A stretch of DNA of 51,636 nucleotides from Deltaproteobacteria bacterium (GTDB taxonomy: Bacteria > SAR324 > NAC60-12), in the NCBI GenBank assembly GCA_038150265.1, contig JAYOTF010000023.1:1-51636 (forward strand), read 5' to 3'. Of this stretch, positions 38,870-51,534 are shown one piece after another. Position 1 is the stretch's first letter. The number at the start of each line of letters is the position of its first letter. A program made the position numbers and the translations under genes. The notes beneath the pieces are model-generated. The model ran no database searches. It was not told the origin of the DNA and saw only the letters and a list, made by a program, of their open reading frames with translations.

Positions 38870-40969
38870 TTGGCATCGAGCACAAGTAGCCCGCAAATCT
38901 CAACCTTCCGCAACTCGGATATTGCTCTGGCAGCCGGGGTGATCAGCGTCTTGCTGATCATGGTGGTCCCGCTTCCGGAGATCATCCTCGACCTGCTCAT
39001 TGCCATGAGCATCACGATGGGGGTGCTGATTCTGTTTGTGGCACTGTTCACGGGCAGCTCGCTTGACTTCTCATCCTTCCCCACCGTCCTCCTCATTTCG
39101 ACGCTGTTCAGGCTCTCGCTGAACGTGGCCTCTACCCGACTGATCCTCCTGAACGGAAACCAGGGGCCCTCTGCCGCGGGAGCGATCATCAAGTCGTTCG
39201 GAGAGTTCGTGGTTGGAGGAAACGTCATTGTCGGAATCATCGTCTTCCTGATTCTCGTCATCATCAACTTCGTCGTGATCACCAAAGGTACGGGCCGGAT
39301 CGCGGAAGTCGCGGCACGCTTTACCCTGGACGCCATGCCTGGTAAGCAGATGGCCATTGATGCCGACCTGAACGCCGGGCTGATTGATGAGACCGAGGCA
39401 AAAGACCGACGAAGCCGCATTCAGCGTGAGTCCGATTACTTCGGTGCCCTGGACGGGGCGAGCAAGTTTGTCCGCGGAGACGCCATTGCCGGCCTGATCA
39501 TCACATCGATCAACATCCTCGGAGGCCTGCTCGTCGGCATCACGCAGTTTGGCATGACCGCCGGAGACGCCTTTCAGTCCTACGCCACCCTCACGGTGGG
39601 AGACGGCCTGGTGTCGCAGATTCCGGCGCTGATCATCTCCATCGCCGCTGGTATCGCGGTGACCAAGGCTTCTGCGGAAAACAAGATTTCGGTCGACCTG
39701 CGGGCGCAGATCTTCGGAAACGTCCAGGCGCTTTATGTCGCTTCTGTGGTGCTGCTGGCGTTTGCCCTCATTCCGGGACTGCCGACAGTGCCCTTTTTGT
39801 TGCTGTCGCTGGTGACCTTCCTCCTGGCAAGATCGAGCAAGAGTCAGAGCGAACAAGCTGCCATTCAGATGGAGGCCGACTCCGAGCTGCAGCTGCAGCA
39901 GGAGCTTTCGGAAGAGCCGGAGGACATTGCCTCGTTGCTGCCGATTGATGTGCTGGGGCTTGAGTTGGGCTATGGTCTGATTCCGCTGGTGGATGAAGAG
40001 CAGGATGGCGAATTGCTCAAGCGCGTCAAGGCGATCCGGCGTCAGATGGCTCTGGATTTCGGTTTCATTGTGCCACCGTTGCACATCAAGGATAACCTCG
40101 AGCTCTCTCCAGGCGAGTACTCCATTACCATCAAGGGCATTGAAGTGGCCCGAGCGGAGCTGATGGTGGGGCACTTCCTGGCGATGAAAACAGGCGAGGT
40201 TGATGAGGAGATCCCCGGTGTGGATACCGTGGAACCCGCCTTTGGGCTTCCGGCCATCTGGATTGCAGCGGAAGATGAGGAACGGGCGCAGTTTGCCGGC
40301 TACACCGTGGTCGATCAGCCTACGGTGCTGGCGACCCACATCACCGAAATTCTGAAAACGCACGCCCACGAGTTCATTGGCCGTCAGGAGGCACAGAAGC
40401 TGCTGGATTCCTTTGCCAAGAGTGAACCGAAAGTGGTCGAGGAGCTGGTTCCGGGACTGCTGCCGTTGGGTGTGGTGCAGAAAGTGCTACAGAACCTGTT
40501 GCGGGAGCTGATCTCCATCCGCGACCTGCACACCGTACTGGAAACCCTGGCCGACGCCTCTTACGTCACCAAGGATCCGGACCTGCTGACGGAACACGTC
40601 CGTCAGGCCCTTGCCCGCCAGATCACCCGGCAGTACCAGACTCCGGATGGCATGTTGCCCCTGATCACGCTCTCGCAGGAGCTGGAGAATCAGATCGCCA
40701 ACTCCATTCAGGACTCTGGGCAGGGCGCCTACCTGGGGCTCAGCCCGGCAGTGGCTCAGATGATCATCAATGGAATTGACTCGATGATGGAGCAGTTCAC
40801 CTTGAACAACTACCAACCGCTGCTGCTGTGCTCCCCGTTGATTCGCCCTCACGTCCGTCGCCTGGTGGAGCGCTTCCTGCCCAACCTGGTCGTGCTCTCG
40901 CACAATGAAGTCGCCCAGGATGTCCGCATTGAAGCCCTGGGCATGGTGGAACTCGTCGGCAACGAGTAA
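38870..40969 (+). CDS. flhA: Flagellar biosynthesis protein FlhA
   Basis: RIAEVAARFTLDAMPGKQMAIDADL and DGASKFVRGDAIAG motifs. TTG start. Confidence 0.97.
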   Translation: MASSTSSPQISTFRNSDIALAAGVISVLLIMVVPLPEIILDLLIAMSITMGVLILFVALFTGSSLDFSSFPTVLLISTLFRLSLNVASTRLILLNGNQGPSAAGAIIKSFGEFVVGGNVIVGIIVFLILVIINFVVITKGTGRIAEVAARFTLDAMPGKQMAIDADLNAGLIDETEAKDRRSRIQRESDYFGALDGASKFVRGDAIAGLIITSINILGGLLVGITQFGMTAGDAFQSYATLTVGDGLVSQIPALIISIAAGIAVTKASAENKISVDLRAQIFGNVQALYVASVVLLAFALIPGLPTVPFLLLSLVTFLLARSSKSQSEQAAIQMEADSELQLQQELSEEPEDIASLLPIDVLGLELGYGLIPLVDEEQDGELLKRVKAIRRQMALDFGFIVPPLHIKDNLELSPGEYSITIKGIEVARAELMVGHFLAMKTGEVDEEIPGVDTVEPAFGLPAIWIAAEDEERAQFAGYTVVDQPTVLATHITEILKTHAHEFIGRQEAQKLLDSFAKSEPKVVEELVPGLLPLGVVQKVLQNLLRELISIRDLHTVLETLADASYVTKDPDLLTEHVRQALARQITRQYQTPDGMLPLITLSQELENQIANSIQDSGQGAYLGLSPAVAQMIINGIDSMMEQFTLNNYQPLLLCSPLIRPHVRRLVERFLPNLVVLSHNEVAQDVRIEALGMVELVGNE

Positions 40970-41009
40970 GCCCCCTCTGGAATTTTCTATAACGTAGATT
41001 GGATACCCC

Positions 41010-42284
41010 ATGAATCTTAAGCGTTACCGCGTCAATACCATTCAGGAAGCGTTGCAGATGATCAAACGCGACCTTGGTCCGGATGCTGTGATCGTCTCCA
41101 CCCGACAAGTCCGGGAGGGCAAAGGAACGTTTGGCCTGTTTGGGAAAACGATGCTTGAGGTGACCGCTGCCAAAGATGACCGCAAGAACGGAGGGGATGT
41201 CCTCACCAAAACGAAGCTTCCTGCGGCTTACAAGGCACCCGCGTCTTCCTCGGAGGAAGGACCACCGGCTTCGGCGCCCGCGGCGTCCGGAGGCTTCCAG
41301 GACCCTCAGAAGGCGCTGATGCCCATTCGGCAGGAGCTGCACAGCCTCCGGGAGCTCGTTCAGGAGCTGAGCAGCCGCAACACCGCTTATGAGGGCTATT
41401 CGGTGACGCAGCTCAAGCATGAGCTGGGAGAAATGCGGCACATGCTGCACCTGATGGCTTCCCGCAATAGCGTCCAGGAAGACCTGAACCTGCCGGAAAA
41501 CCTGATGGTCCTCTACCAGCAGATGAAGTTTGGGGGCATGGAAGAAAAATTTGCCCGCAGGCTGGTGCTGGAGGCGCAGAAGAACATCACTGAGGAAGAC
41601 CTCCAGAATTTCTCGTATGTGAAGATCTTCATTGCCCGGATGCTGATGAAGGTCCTCAAGACCTCTCGAGGCGTGGAGGGCGTCACGGGCTCCCAGAAGA
41701 TCATTGCGCTCATTGGGCCCACCGGGGTGGGCAAGACCACGACGGCGGCGAAGATTGCCTCGGAGCAGATGCTGCGTTACAAGCGCAAGGTGGCCCTCAT
41801 CACCATTGACACCTTCCGGATTGCCGCGGTTGAGCAGCTCCGGACCTATGCCAAGATCATCAATGTTCCGCTGAGTACGGTCTCCAACAAGGAAGAGCTC
41901 GACAAGGCCATTGAGAGCTACTCCGATTATGAAGTGATCATCATTGACACCGGAGGCTGCTCGCAGCGCGATGAGAACCAGATGTTTGAACTCCGCAACA
42001 TCTTTGATGAGCGGGGCCGGATTCACAACCTGCTGGTGCTGAGTGCGACGACCAAAGACAACGACATGAATGAGATCACCCGGCGCTTTGGGACGCTTCC
42101 CCTCGAGGGCATCGTCTTTACCAAGCTGGATGAAAGCTCGTCGTATGGCTCGCTGTTCAACCACGTGATCCGTTTCAAGAAGCCAATTTCCTTCCTGACG
42201 ACGGGACAGAAGGTTCCGGAGGACATTGAAATGGCCACCAAGGAACGCCTGGTGGATCTGCTGCTGAACATTTCCGGCTCATGA
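41010..42284 (+). CDS. flhF: Flagellar SRP-family GTPase FlhF
   Basis: GPTGVGKTTT, DTFRIAAVEQL, TKLDE and GQKVPED motifs. Confidence 0.95.
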   Translation: MNLKRYRVNTIQEALQMIKRDLGPDAVIVSTRQVREGKGTFGLFGKTMLEVTAAKDDRKNGGDVLTKTKLPAAYKAPASSSEEGPPASAPAASGGFQDPQKALMPIRQELHSLRELVQELSSRNTAYEGYSVTQLKHELGEMRHMLHLMASRNSVQEDLNLPENLMVLYQQMKFGGMEEKFARRLVLEAQKNITEEDLQNFSYVKIFIARMLMKVLKTSRGVEGVTGSQKIIALIGPTGVGKTTTAAKIASEQMLRYKRKVALITIDTFRIAAVEQLRTYAKIINVPLSTVSNKEELDKAIESYSDYEVIIIDTGGCSQRDENQMFELRNIFDERGRIHNLLVLSATTKDNDMNEITRRFGTLPLEGIVFTKLDESSSYGSLFNHVIRFKKPISFLTTGQKVPEDIEMATKERLVDLLLNISGS

Positions 42285-42300
42285 GTTTTTCCCAGTCGCG

Positions 42301-43188
42301 ATGAACATGGATCAAGCCAGCTCGTTGCGCCGCATTGTGCATGAGACCTCTTTGCCGCGCCGTCAGGCACGGGTTCTGAGTGTGACCAGCGGCAAGGGAG
42401 GCGTGGGAAAAACCAATGTCTCCATCAACCTCGCCTATGCGCTGGCCAGCCTGGGCCGTCGCGTGTACCTGCTGGACGCAGACCTGGGGTTGGCCAACAT
42501 TGACGTCATGCTCAACCTGACTCCCGACTACACCATTGAGCACGTGCTGTCTGGAGAGAAGCACCTCCGGGACATTGTCCTGGATGGCCCGGGAAACGTA
42601 AAAGTCCTGCCTTCGGGCTCCGGAGTGGTGGAGTTGGCTGAACTCGGAGAGGAGGATCAGGAAAACCTGATGCAGATGCTGGCCGAGCTGGAAGAGAGCA
42701 TTGACTACCTGATCATTGACACCGGCGCTGGCATCTCGTCCGGTGTGCTGCGCTTCAACGTCAGCGCTGACGAGGTGCTGCTCGTGGCCACCCCGGATCC
42801 GTCTTCCCTGACCGATGCGTACTCCACGATCAAGGTGATGGTCAACCGTTACAACGTCCGGAGCTTTAACCTGATTGCCAACTCTGTGGCCTCGCAAGCC
42901 GAAGGCCGGAACGTGTTTGAGCGACTCCAGAAGGTCACCCGCGACTTTCTGCAGGTGGAGCTGAACTACCTGGGCTTCATTCCGCGAGACACCGACTTGG
43001 CCAAATCAGTCCGGATGCAGCGTCCCTTACTTGAAGCTTTCCCCAACTCCCCAGCAGCCAAAAGCCTCCGTGGCATGGCCACTCGTCTGGAGGAGGCGAC
43101 CAACAACGCGGTTTCGCTTTCTGAGATGCCCTTTGAGGATCAACCTCGCTTCTGGGAGCGTTTCTTGCAGTGGAAGGAGCGGAAGTAA
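42301..43188 (+). CDS. flhG: MinD-like flagellar number regulator FlhG/FleN
   Basis: DQASSLR N-terminus, SGKGGVGKT, DADLGLAN and DTGAG motifs. Confidence 0.93.
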   Translation: MNMDQASSLRRIVHETSLPRRQARVLSVTSGKGGVGKTNVSINLAYALASLGRRVYLLDADLGLANIDVMLNLTPDYTIEHVLSGEKHLRDIVLDGPGNVKVLPSGSGVVELAELGEEDQENLMQMLAELEESIDYLIIDTGAGISSGVLRFNVSADEVLLVATPDPSSLTDAYSTIKVMVNRYNVRSFNLIANSVASQAEGRNVFERLQKVTRDFLQVELNYLGFIPRDTDLAKSVRMQRPLLEAFPNSPAAKSLRGMATRLEEATNNAVSLSEMPFEDQPRFWERFLQWKERK

Positions 43189-43247
43189 TGCTTTCGTCAC
43201 AACACACCGGGGCCACGCCCCCTGAACGCCCCGAGCCTTTATTTCGG

Positions 43248-43994
43248 ATGTCCCAAAAGACCAACCCTTACGCCGAAAAATCGCAGTACAGCCGGGAGGA
43301 CTTGGTGCTCCAGCACGCCCCGCTGATCAAGCGCATTGTCAGTCGGATGGCGGCTCGCTTTCCTCCAGGGGTCGATCAGGAGGAGCTGATTCAGGCAGGG
43401 ATGATTGGGCTGCTGGACGCGGTGGACAAATTTGACCCCAGCAAGGATGTCCAGTTCAAGACCTATGCGGAATTCCGCATCAAGGGGGCAATTCTCGACG
43501 AGCTGCGGTCCATGGACTGGGTGCCCCGTTCCGTCCGGAATGCTGCAACGGAATGGGACGAAGCGTGGCGCGCCAAGGCCTCGGAGCTAGGGCGGGAACC
43601 CTCGGACAACGAAATGGCGAACCAGTTGGGGTATTCGCTTTCGGAGTACCACGATTTCCTGGGGAAGGCACGGCCGATTCCATTGATTTCCTTTGAGGAA
43701 TTCAGCGCCGGGCTGGACGATGACGAGAGTGTGAGCCTGCTGGATGCGATCAGCGATCCGGATGCGAAGGATGCCTACGACTCCCTCTCCATGCAGCAAC
43801 TGCAGGACCAGGTGGCCCTGGCCATTGAGACCCTCACGGAGCAGGAGCAGATGGTTCTGGCTCTCTACTACAACGAGGAGCTGAACCTGAAGGAAATTGG
43901 GCAGGTCCTGGGAGTGGTCGAATCGCGGGTCTCGCAAATCCGGACCAAGTCCATCCTCAAGCTCAGGGCAAAGCTCAAGGAAGTGATCAACTGA
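43248..43994 (+). CDS. fliA: RNA polymerase sigma factor FliA (sigma-28)
   Basis: RIKGAILDELRSMDWVPRS and LKEIGQVLGVVESRVSQ motifs. An alternative start at 43188 (TAATG overlap) is possible. Confidence 0.95.
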   Translation: MSQKTNPYAEKSQYSREDLVLQHAPLIKRIVSRMAARFPPGVDQEELIQAGMIGLLDAVDKFDPSKDVQFKTYAEFRIKGAILDELRSMDWVPRSVRNAATEWDEAWRAKASELGREPSDNEMANQLGYSLSEYHDFLGKARPIPLISFEEFSAGLDDDESVSLLDAISDPDAKDAYDSLSMQQLQDQVALAIETLTEQEQMVLALYYNEELNLKEIGQVLGVVESRVSQIRTKSILKLRAKLKEVIN

Positions 43995-44218
43995 TGGCGA
44001 CCTTTGACGAAACCCTTGACCAAATGGTCACGCAGCAGCAGCAGAAATTGCTGCGCCTCGCACGTGAACTGGCTCCGGGGGTGACGCCGGAAGACATCCG
44101 CAACCCTCAGGATTTTCCGCAGCTGGTCAACGACCCGCTCTTCAACTACGAAGACGGCGTGCTGGCCGGTTACCTTTCGGTTCAGATGGCGTGGCGCGCC
44201 TCTCAGCGCCAGGCCTGA
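43994..44218 (+). CDS. Hypothetical 74-aa protein coupled to fliA
   Basis: TGATG overlap with the fliA stop. Contains TPEDIRNPQDFPQL..DPLFNYEDGVLAG. Confidence 0.75.
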   Translation: MATFDETLDQMVTQQQQKLLRLARELAPGVTPEDIRNPQDFPQLVNDPLFNYEDGVLAGYLSVQMAWRASQRQA

Positions 44219-44586
44219 AGGACCTGAGTCAGGGCCTCCTGCAGCTCTGCAGGAAACTCCGCCTCGCGTAACTGTGCCACCCGTGGCGCAAGTGCCTCCG
44301 CCTCCAATCCCTCTCCTACCGTCCGGGCGCCCTTGTTGCGTCCCACCTCAAAGAGCTGCTGGGCCTCCCGGTTGGTTGAGGAACAGCGAAAGCCTTGCCC
44401 CGCTTTCCATTCCAGCACTTGCTCGTCAAAGAGAAACTGCAGGTAGCGCAGGCCTCCGGCTTCATCGAACCAGAGGAAGCCATGAATGTCGGGATGCCCG
44501 TCGCAGGCCAGGCTGATTTGCCGGAGCCCATTCACCGACTCAGCGGATTTCCGGCTCCGGACCTGATAGAATTCAAGTGCCGGCAT
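44203..44586 (-). CDS. Hypothetical protein
   Basis: Protein-like 127-aa ORF (MPALEF...) divergent from dapB. The start is uncertain. Confidence 0.55.
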   Translation of the reverse strand: MPALEFYQVRSRKSAESVNGLRQISLACDGHPDIHGFLWFDEAGGLRYLQFLFDEQVLEWKAGQGFRCSSTNREAQQLFEVGRNKGARTVGEGLEAEALAPRVAQLREAEFPAELQEALTQVLQAWR

Positions 44587-44672
44587 CGTGGTGATTGTCT
44601 TGAGTTTCGTTAGGGATTCTCCTAGGTTCAACACCTTTATAGCGAATCTTTGGACCTTCAGCAAATGCTTCA

Positions 44673-45407
44673 ATGCCCTCCCTTCGTGTTTTAATCAATG
44701 GTGCTCAGGGACGCATGGGACAGGAGGCTTCTCAAGCCGTCTCAGCGGATCCGGAGTTGGAACTGGTCGCCACAACAGACCTGGGGGATGACCTCGCCGC
44801 CGCCCTGAAGGCGTCTCAGGCTCAGGTCGCGGTGGACTTCACCACCGCTTCTGCGGCCTATGCGAACACCCGGACGATTCTGGAAGCCGGTGTGCGCCCA
44901 GTCATTGGAACCAGTGGCCTGACGCCAGAGCAGGTGACGGAGCTCCAGGCCTTCTCCCGCCAGCAGGGAGTGGGCGGCATCATTGCCCCGAATTTTGCCA
45001 TTGGCGCCGTGCTGATGATGAAGTTTGCCGCCGAGGCCGCGAAGTACCTCCCACACGTGGAAATCCTGGAACTGCACCACGACCGCAAGGCGGATGCGCC
45101 TTCCGGAACCGCGGTCAAGACGGCCGCGCTGATTGCGGCAGCCCGTCAGGAGACCCCGGCCCCCCTGGAAGAACGCGAGCTGTACGAAGGCGCCCGAGGT
45201 GCCGAGGTGCAGGGCATTCCCGTTCACTCCGTCCGGCTCCCAGGCTTTGTTGCGCACCAGGAAGTCATCTTTGGCGGCCAGAGCGAGACGCTGACCCTCC
45301 GGCACGACTCGATCCATCGCGAGTCCTTCATGCCGGGAGTCTGCCTTGCCTGCAAGCGCGCCCTGACGGTGCCAGAATTGATCTATGGCCTGGAGCACGT
45401 GCTGTAA
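44673..45407 (+). CDS. dapB: 4-hydroxy-tetrahydrodipicolinate reductase
   Basis: GAQGRMG, DFT, APNFAIG and ELHHDRKADAPSGTA motifs. Confidence 0.96.
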   Translation: MPSLRVLINGAQGRMGQEASQAVSADPELELVATTDLGDDLAAALKASQAQVAVDFTTASAAYANTRTILEAGVRPVIGTSGLTPEQVTELQAFSRQQGVGGIIAPNFAIGAVLMMKFAAEAAKYLPHVEILELHHDRKADAPSGTAVKTAALIAAARQETPAPLEERELYEGARGAEVQGIPVHSVRLPGFVAHQEVIFGGQSETLTLRHDSIHRESFMPGVCLACKRALTVPELIYGLEHVL

Positions 45408-45467
45408 CCGCAGCCCACGCCCTGTTTTGTAACCCCATCACTCTTGTCCCTCGGGCACGCAGAATTC

Positions 45468-48143
<2,676 letters not shown>

Positions 48144-48207
48144 CCCCTGACGCTCCTCCCTGATCTCCCGCCGCCGTTTGTCAACCCACTGCTGCGTTGA
48201 GGTCGTG

Positions 48208-49086
48208 ATGTCTGCCAAGTACCTGCTTCCAGGGAGCCTGCTACTGCTGCTCCCTGCGGTCCCGCCTGTTTCTGTTTACGCCCAACCACCGAAGCCTCCT
48301 TCGGCTCCGTCAACGGCTCCCGCTTTTTCTCAACCACCGATGCTGGCGTCCTCTTGGGAGGCGGGGCAGGTGGTTTCCGGATGGTGGGTGAGTGAAAAGT
48401 ATGACGGCATCCGGGCTCTCTGGACCGGTTCCGTGTTGCAAACCCGTCACGGGAACCGCATCATGGCTCCGGATTGGTTTGTGGCCGGCCTTCCGAACTG
48501 GCCACTGGATGGAGAGCTGTGGAGTGGGCGAGGGCAGTTTGCCCGGACCCTAAGCATTGTGCGGGACCAGGTACCGAGTCCCGAGTGGCAGGACCTTCAG
48601 TTTCTGGTGTTCGATGCTCCGGCGGTTCCGGGAGGAGTGGAGCTGCGTTGGGCGGCTCTTCAGCAGTGGACGTTCCCTTCCCACGTGGTCCTGGTGGCTC
48701 AGGAGCGTCTGGCCAACGAACAGGAGCTGCACACCCGCCTGGACGCCATGGAGCGCAAGGGCGGAGAGGGGCTGGTGCTGCGTCGGCCACATTCGCCCTA
48801 CACCTCTGGACGCAGCAAGGACTGGCTGAAGGTCAAGCCCCATGAGGAAGGTGAGGCGGTGGTGGTCCGGCACCTGCCGGGCAAGGGCCAGCACACTGGG
48901 CGCCTGGGCTCACTGGAAGTGCAGCTTCCGGATGGCCGGCGCTTTCGTCTGGGCACCGGTTTCAGCAATGCCGAGCGCGAAGACCCGCCTCCGGTGGGCA
49001 GCACGGTGGAGTTCCGGTACTCCGGCTTGACCCGAACCGGCCTCCCCCGCTTTGCGGTCTTCCTCCGTGAGCGTGAAGACCTATGA
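48208..49086 (+). CDS. ATP-dependent DNA ligase, minimal LigE type with N-terminal signal peptide
   Basis: SEKYDGIRA (motif I), LDGELW, VFD, EGLVLR, LKVK and OB-domain GTGFS...TGLPRF. Hydrophobic leader ending VYA|Q. Confidence 0.9.
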   Translation: MSAKYLLPGSLLLLLPAVPPVSVYAQPPKPPSAPSTAPAFSQPPMLASSWEAGQVVSGWWVSEKYDGIRALWTGSVLQTRHGNRIMAPDWFVAGLPNWPLDGELWSGRGQFARTLSIVRDQVPSPEWQDLQFLVFDAPAVPGGVELRWAALQQWTFPSHVVLVAQERLANEQELHTRLDAMERKGGEGLVLRRPHSPYTSGRSKDWLKVKPHEEGEAVVVRHLPGKGQHTGRLGSLEVQLPDGRRFRLGTGFSNAEREDPPPVGSTVEFRYSGLTRTGLPRFAVFLREREDL

Positions 49087-49113
49087 ACCTCTGCCTGCTT
49101 TGAGGAACTACGC

Positions 49114-50031
49114 ATGATAACGTTTCTGATCCGTCGCCTCCTCAGCGGAGCGGCTTCGATGCTGGTGGTGGCCTTTTTGGTGTTTTTCCTGCTCCGGGCT
49201 CTGCCCGGGGGACCCTTTGACACGGAAAAGAGCCTTCCGCCAGAGATCATCAAGAACATTGAAGCCTACTACGGGCTCGACTTGCCCCCGTGGCAGCAGT
49301 TCCTGAATTACCTCTGGAACGCGGTTCGCGGCGACCTTGGGGTCAGCTACTCGCAGCGTGACCTTCCCGTGAGTGAGCTGATCCTGACGCGAGTACCGGT
49401 TTCAGCCGAACTGGGAGCGTACTCAATGGTGCTGGCGTTGGTGCTGGGGATTCCGTTGGGGGTGGTGGCGGCGTACTACCACAACCGGGCTCCGGATTAC
49501 ATTGCGAGCTTCATTGCCATTGTTGGCCGGAGCATTCCGAACATTGCGCTTGCGCCCCTGCTGGCGCTCACTTTTGGGCTTTACCTGAAGTGGTTGCCCA
49601 TTGCGCGCTGGACGCACTGGGATTCCAAAATTTTACCAACCCTTGCCCTGGGGCTGAGTTCTGCAGCACTGATTGCGCGTCTGACGCGTTCGAGCATGCT
49701 GCAGGTCATCCGAGACGACTTTGTCCGGACTGCCCGGGCGAAGGGGCTTTCCGAGGTCACGGTCATGTTCCGGCATGTGCTCAAAAACGCGCTGCTTCCG
49801 GTGCTGACGGTGTTCGGACCACTGTTTGCGTACACGCTTACCGGCACCCTGGTGGTGGAGCAAATTTTTGCGATTCCCGGCTTGGGGAGCTACTTCATCA
49901 CCAGCATCAGCAACCGGGACTATCCGGTGGTGATGGGCGTGTACCTGCTTTATGGGCTGCTGGTGATCGTGCTCAATGCGCTGGTCGACATCCTGTATGC
50001 CTGGATTGACCCGCGCATCCGCCTGAACTGA
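49114..50031 (+). CDS. oppB: Oligopeptide ABC transporter permease OppB family
   Basis: PGGPF, TARAKGL (EAA loop), EQIFAIPGLG and RDYP motifs. Confidence 0.9.
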   Translation: MITFLIRRLLSGAASMLVVAFLVFFLLRALPGGPFDTEKSLPPEIIKNIEAYYGLDLPPWQQFLNYLWNAVRGDLGVSYSQRDLPVSELILTRVPVSAELGAYSMVLALVLGIPLGVVAAYYHNRAPDYIASFIAIVGRSIPNIALAPLLALTFGLYLKWLPIARWTHWDSKILPTLALGLSSAALIARLTRSSMLQVIRDDFVRTARAKGLSEVTVMFRHVLKNALLPVLTVFGPLFAYTLTGTLVVEQIFAIPGLGSYFITSISNRDYPVVMGVYLLYGLLVIVLNALVDILYAWIDPRIRLN

Positions 50032-50040
50032 GAACGGGCC

Positions 50041-51387
50041 ATGAAGATCATCGACTCTGTTGCTGCGGTATTCTGTCAGGGAGGCGAGCTGTTTTCCGTC
50101 CGGAGGCAGTCGTACCTGGATGCGTTTCCCGGGTACGATTCATTTCCGGGAGGCAAGGTGGATCGCGGTGATGGCACAAAGCCTCGGGCGCTGAGCGAGC
50201 TTCCGGATCGTCCCCTCGCCGAGGTGAATGCCCTGGTCCGGGAAGTGGAAGAGGAGTTGCAGTTTTCTCTGCCGGAAGGAGTGGCCTCCGGGTCGGTCAC
50301 GTCGGTGAGCTACCTGGCTACTGCGCTTGCTCCCGCGTTAATGCCGGTCCGCTTCCGCCTGCACTTCTTCCGAATTGACCTCACGGAGCGGCCTTCGTTT
50401 GTCCCGGACACCGGAGAATTCAGTGAAACGACCTGGGCCACTCCGGAGGCCCTGCTGGAGCGTTTTGCTCAAGGGGACTCCCTGATGGTCCCTCCGATGC
50501 GCTGGGTGCTTCAGGCGCTGGTACAGGCTCCGGGCGCGACGCATCTGGGAGACCTTTCGCCCATCTATGACGAGGAGCGCTTTGTTCCGAAACTGGAGCC
50601 CCTCAAGGGCATCCAGCAACTGGCGGTGCCATCCAAGACGCTGCCCCCTGCGGACCGGACCAATGCTTTTCTGATTGGAGATGCCGATGCCCCGGGGCTG
50701 CTGATCGACCCGTCTCCTCAGTCGCACGCTGTGCTGGAGCGTCTCATCCAGACGCTCGACGGGACACCCGTATCGGCTCTGTTCCTGACGCATCACCATC
50801 CAGATCATCATCAGCTGGCCCCGGAGTTGGCGCGGCACCTTCAGGTTCCCATTCACCTCAGCGCAGACACGCAGGCCCGGATTTTGGAAAAACACGGCGC
50901 CGATTATTTTGCTGGAATTCCGTTGGTGCTCAGACAGGAAGGGGACGTTGTCACTCGCTGGATGGGAGAGGCGGTCCGCGTGTATGCGGTTCCAGGGCAT
51001 GATGCGGGACAATTGGCGCTGGCCCCGGAGTCCCTGCGCTGGTTCCTCGTTGGCGATCTGATTCAGGGGGTGGGAACCGTGGTCATTCAGGAACCGGAGG
51101 GCAACATGGCCGCGTACTTCCAGACCCTGAAGCGGGTCATTGCGCTGGGTCCGGCTGTGATTCTGCCGTCGCATGGTTTGCTGATGCGCAGCACCTTTCG
51201 GCTGCAGGCCACCCTGCAGCACCGGCAGGAACGGGAGGCTCAGATCCTGGCGCTGCACCAGGCTGGGCATGCGGAACAGGCGATTCTCCAGGAAGTGTAT
51301 CAGGGGTTGGATGAACGCCTCCTGCCCTTGGCTCGCCGCAACATCGACTCCCACCTGAAGAAGCTCCAGGAAGAAGGACGCCTCTGA
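50041..51387 (+). CDS. Nudix hydrolase / metallo-beta-lactamase-fold (LACTB2-like) fusion protein
   Basis: FPGGKVD...REVEEE Nudix box. THHHPDH, PGH, GD and PSHG MBL motifs. Winged-helix C-terminus. Confidence 0.85.
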   Translation: MKIIDSVAAVFCQGGELFSVRRQSYLDAFPGYDSFPGGKVDRGDGTKPRALSELPDRPLAEVNALVREVEEELQFSLPEGVASGSVTSVSYLATALAPALMPVRFRLHFFRIDLTERPSFVPDTGEFSETTWATPEALLERFAQGDSLMVPPMRWVLQALVQAPGATHLGDLSPIYDEERFVPKLEPLKGIQQLAVPSKTLPPADRTNAFLIGDADAPGLLIDPSPQSHAVLERLIQTLDGTPVSALFLTHHHPDHHQLAPELARHLQVPIHLSADTQARILEKHGADYFAGIPLVLRQEGDVVTRWMGEAVRVYAVPGHDAGQLALAPESLRWFLVGDLIQGVGTVVIQEPEGNMAAYFQTLKRVIALGPAVILPSHGLLMRSTFRLQATLQHRQEREAQILALHQAGHAEQAILQEVYQGLDERLLPLARRNIDSHLKKLQEEGRL

Positions 51388-51534
51388 GTTGTTTGAGCTG
51401 GGGATGACTGTTACTGACCGAGATGGACACGAGTTTTGGCACGTTCATGGAATGTGAAAAATGCAAAGAACACTTTGTGTGAGGTGCTTTCAAGTAAAAT
51501 ACCATTATCTGGATTGCAAGGGGCTCAATAAACG

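Noticed and set aside
51436..51452. TGGCACG element upstream of the epimerase as a sigma-54 promoter
   Set aside because: The -12 position reads GA rather than GC at the required spacing.
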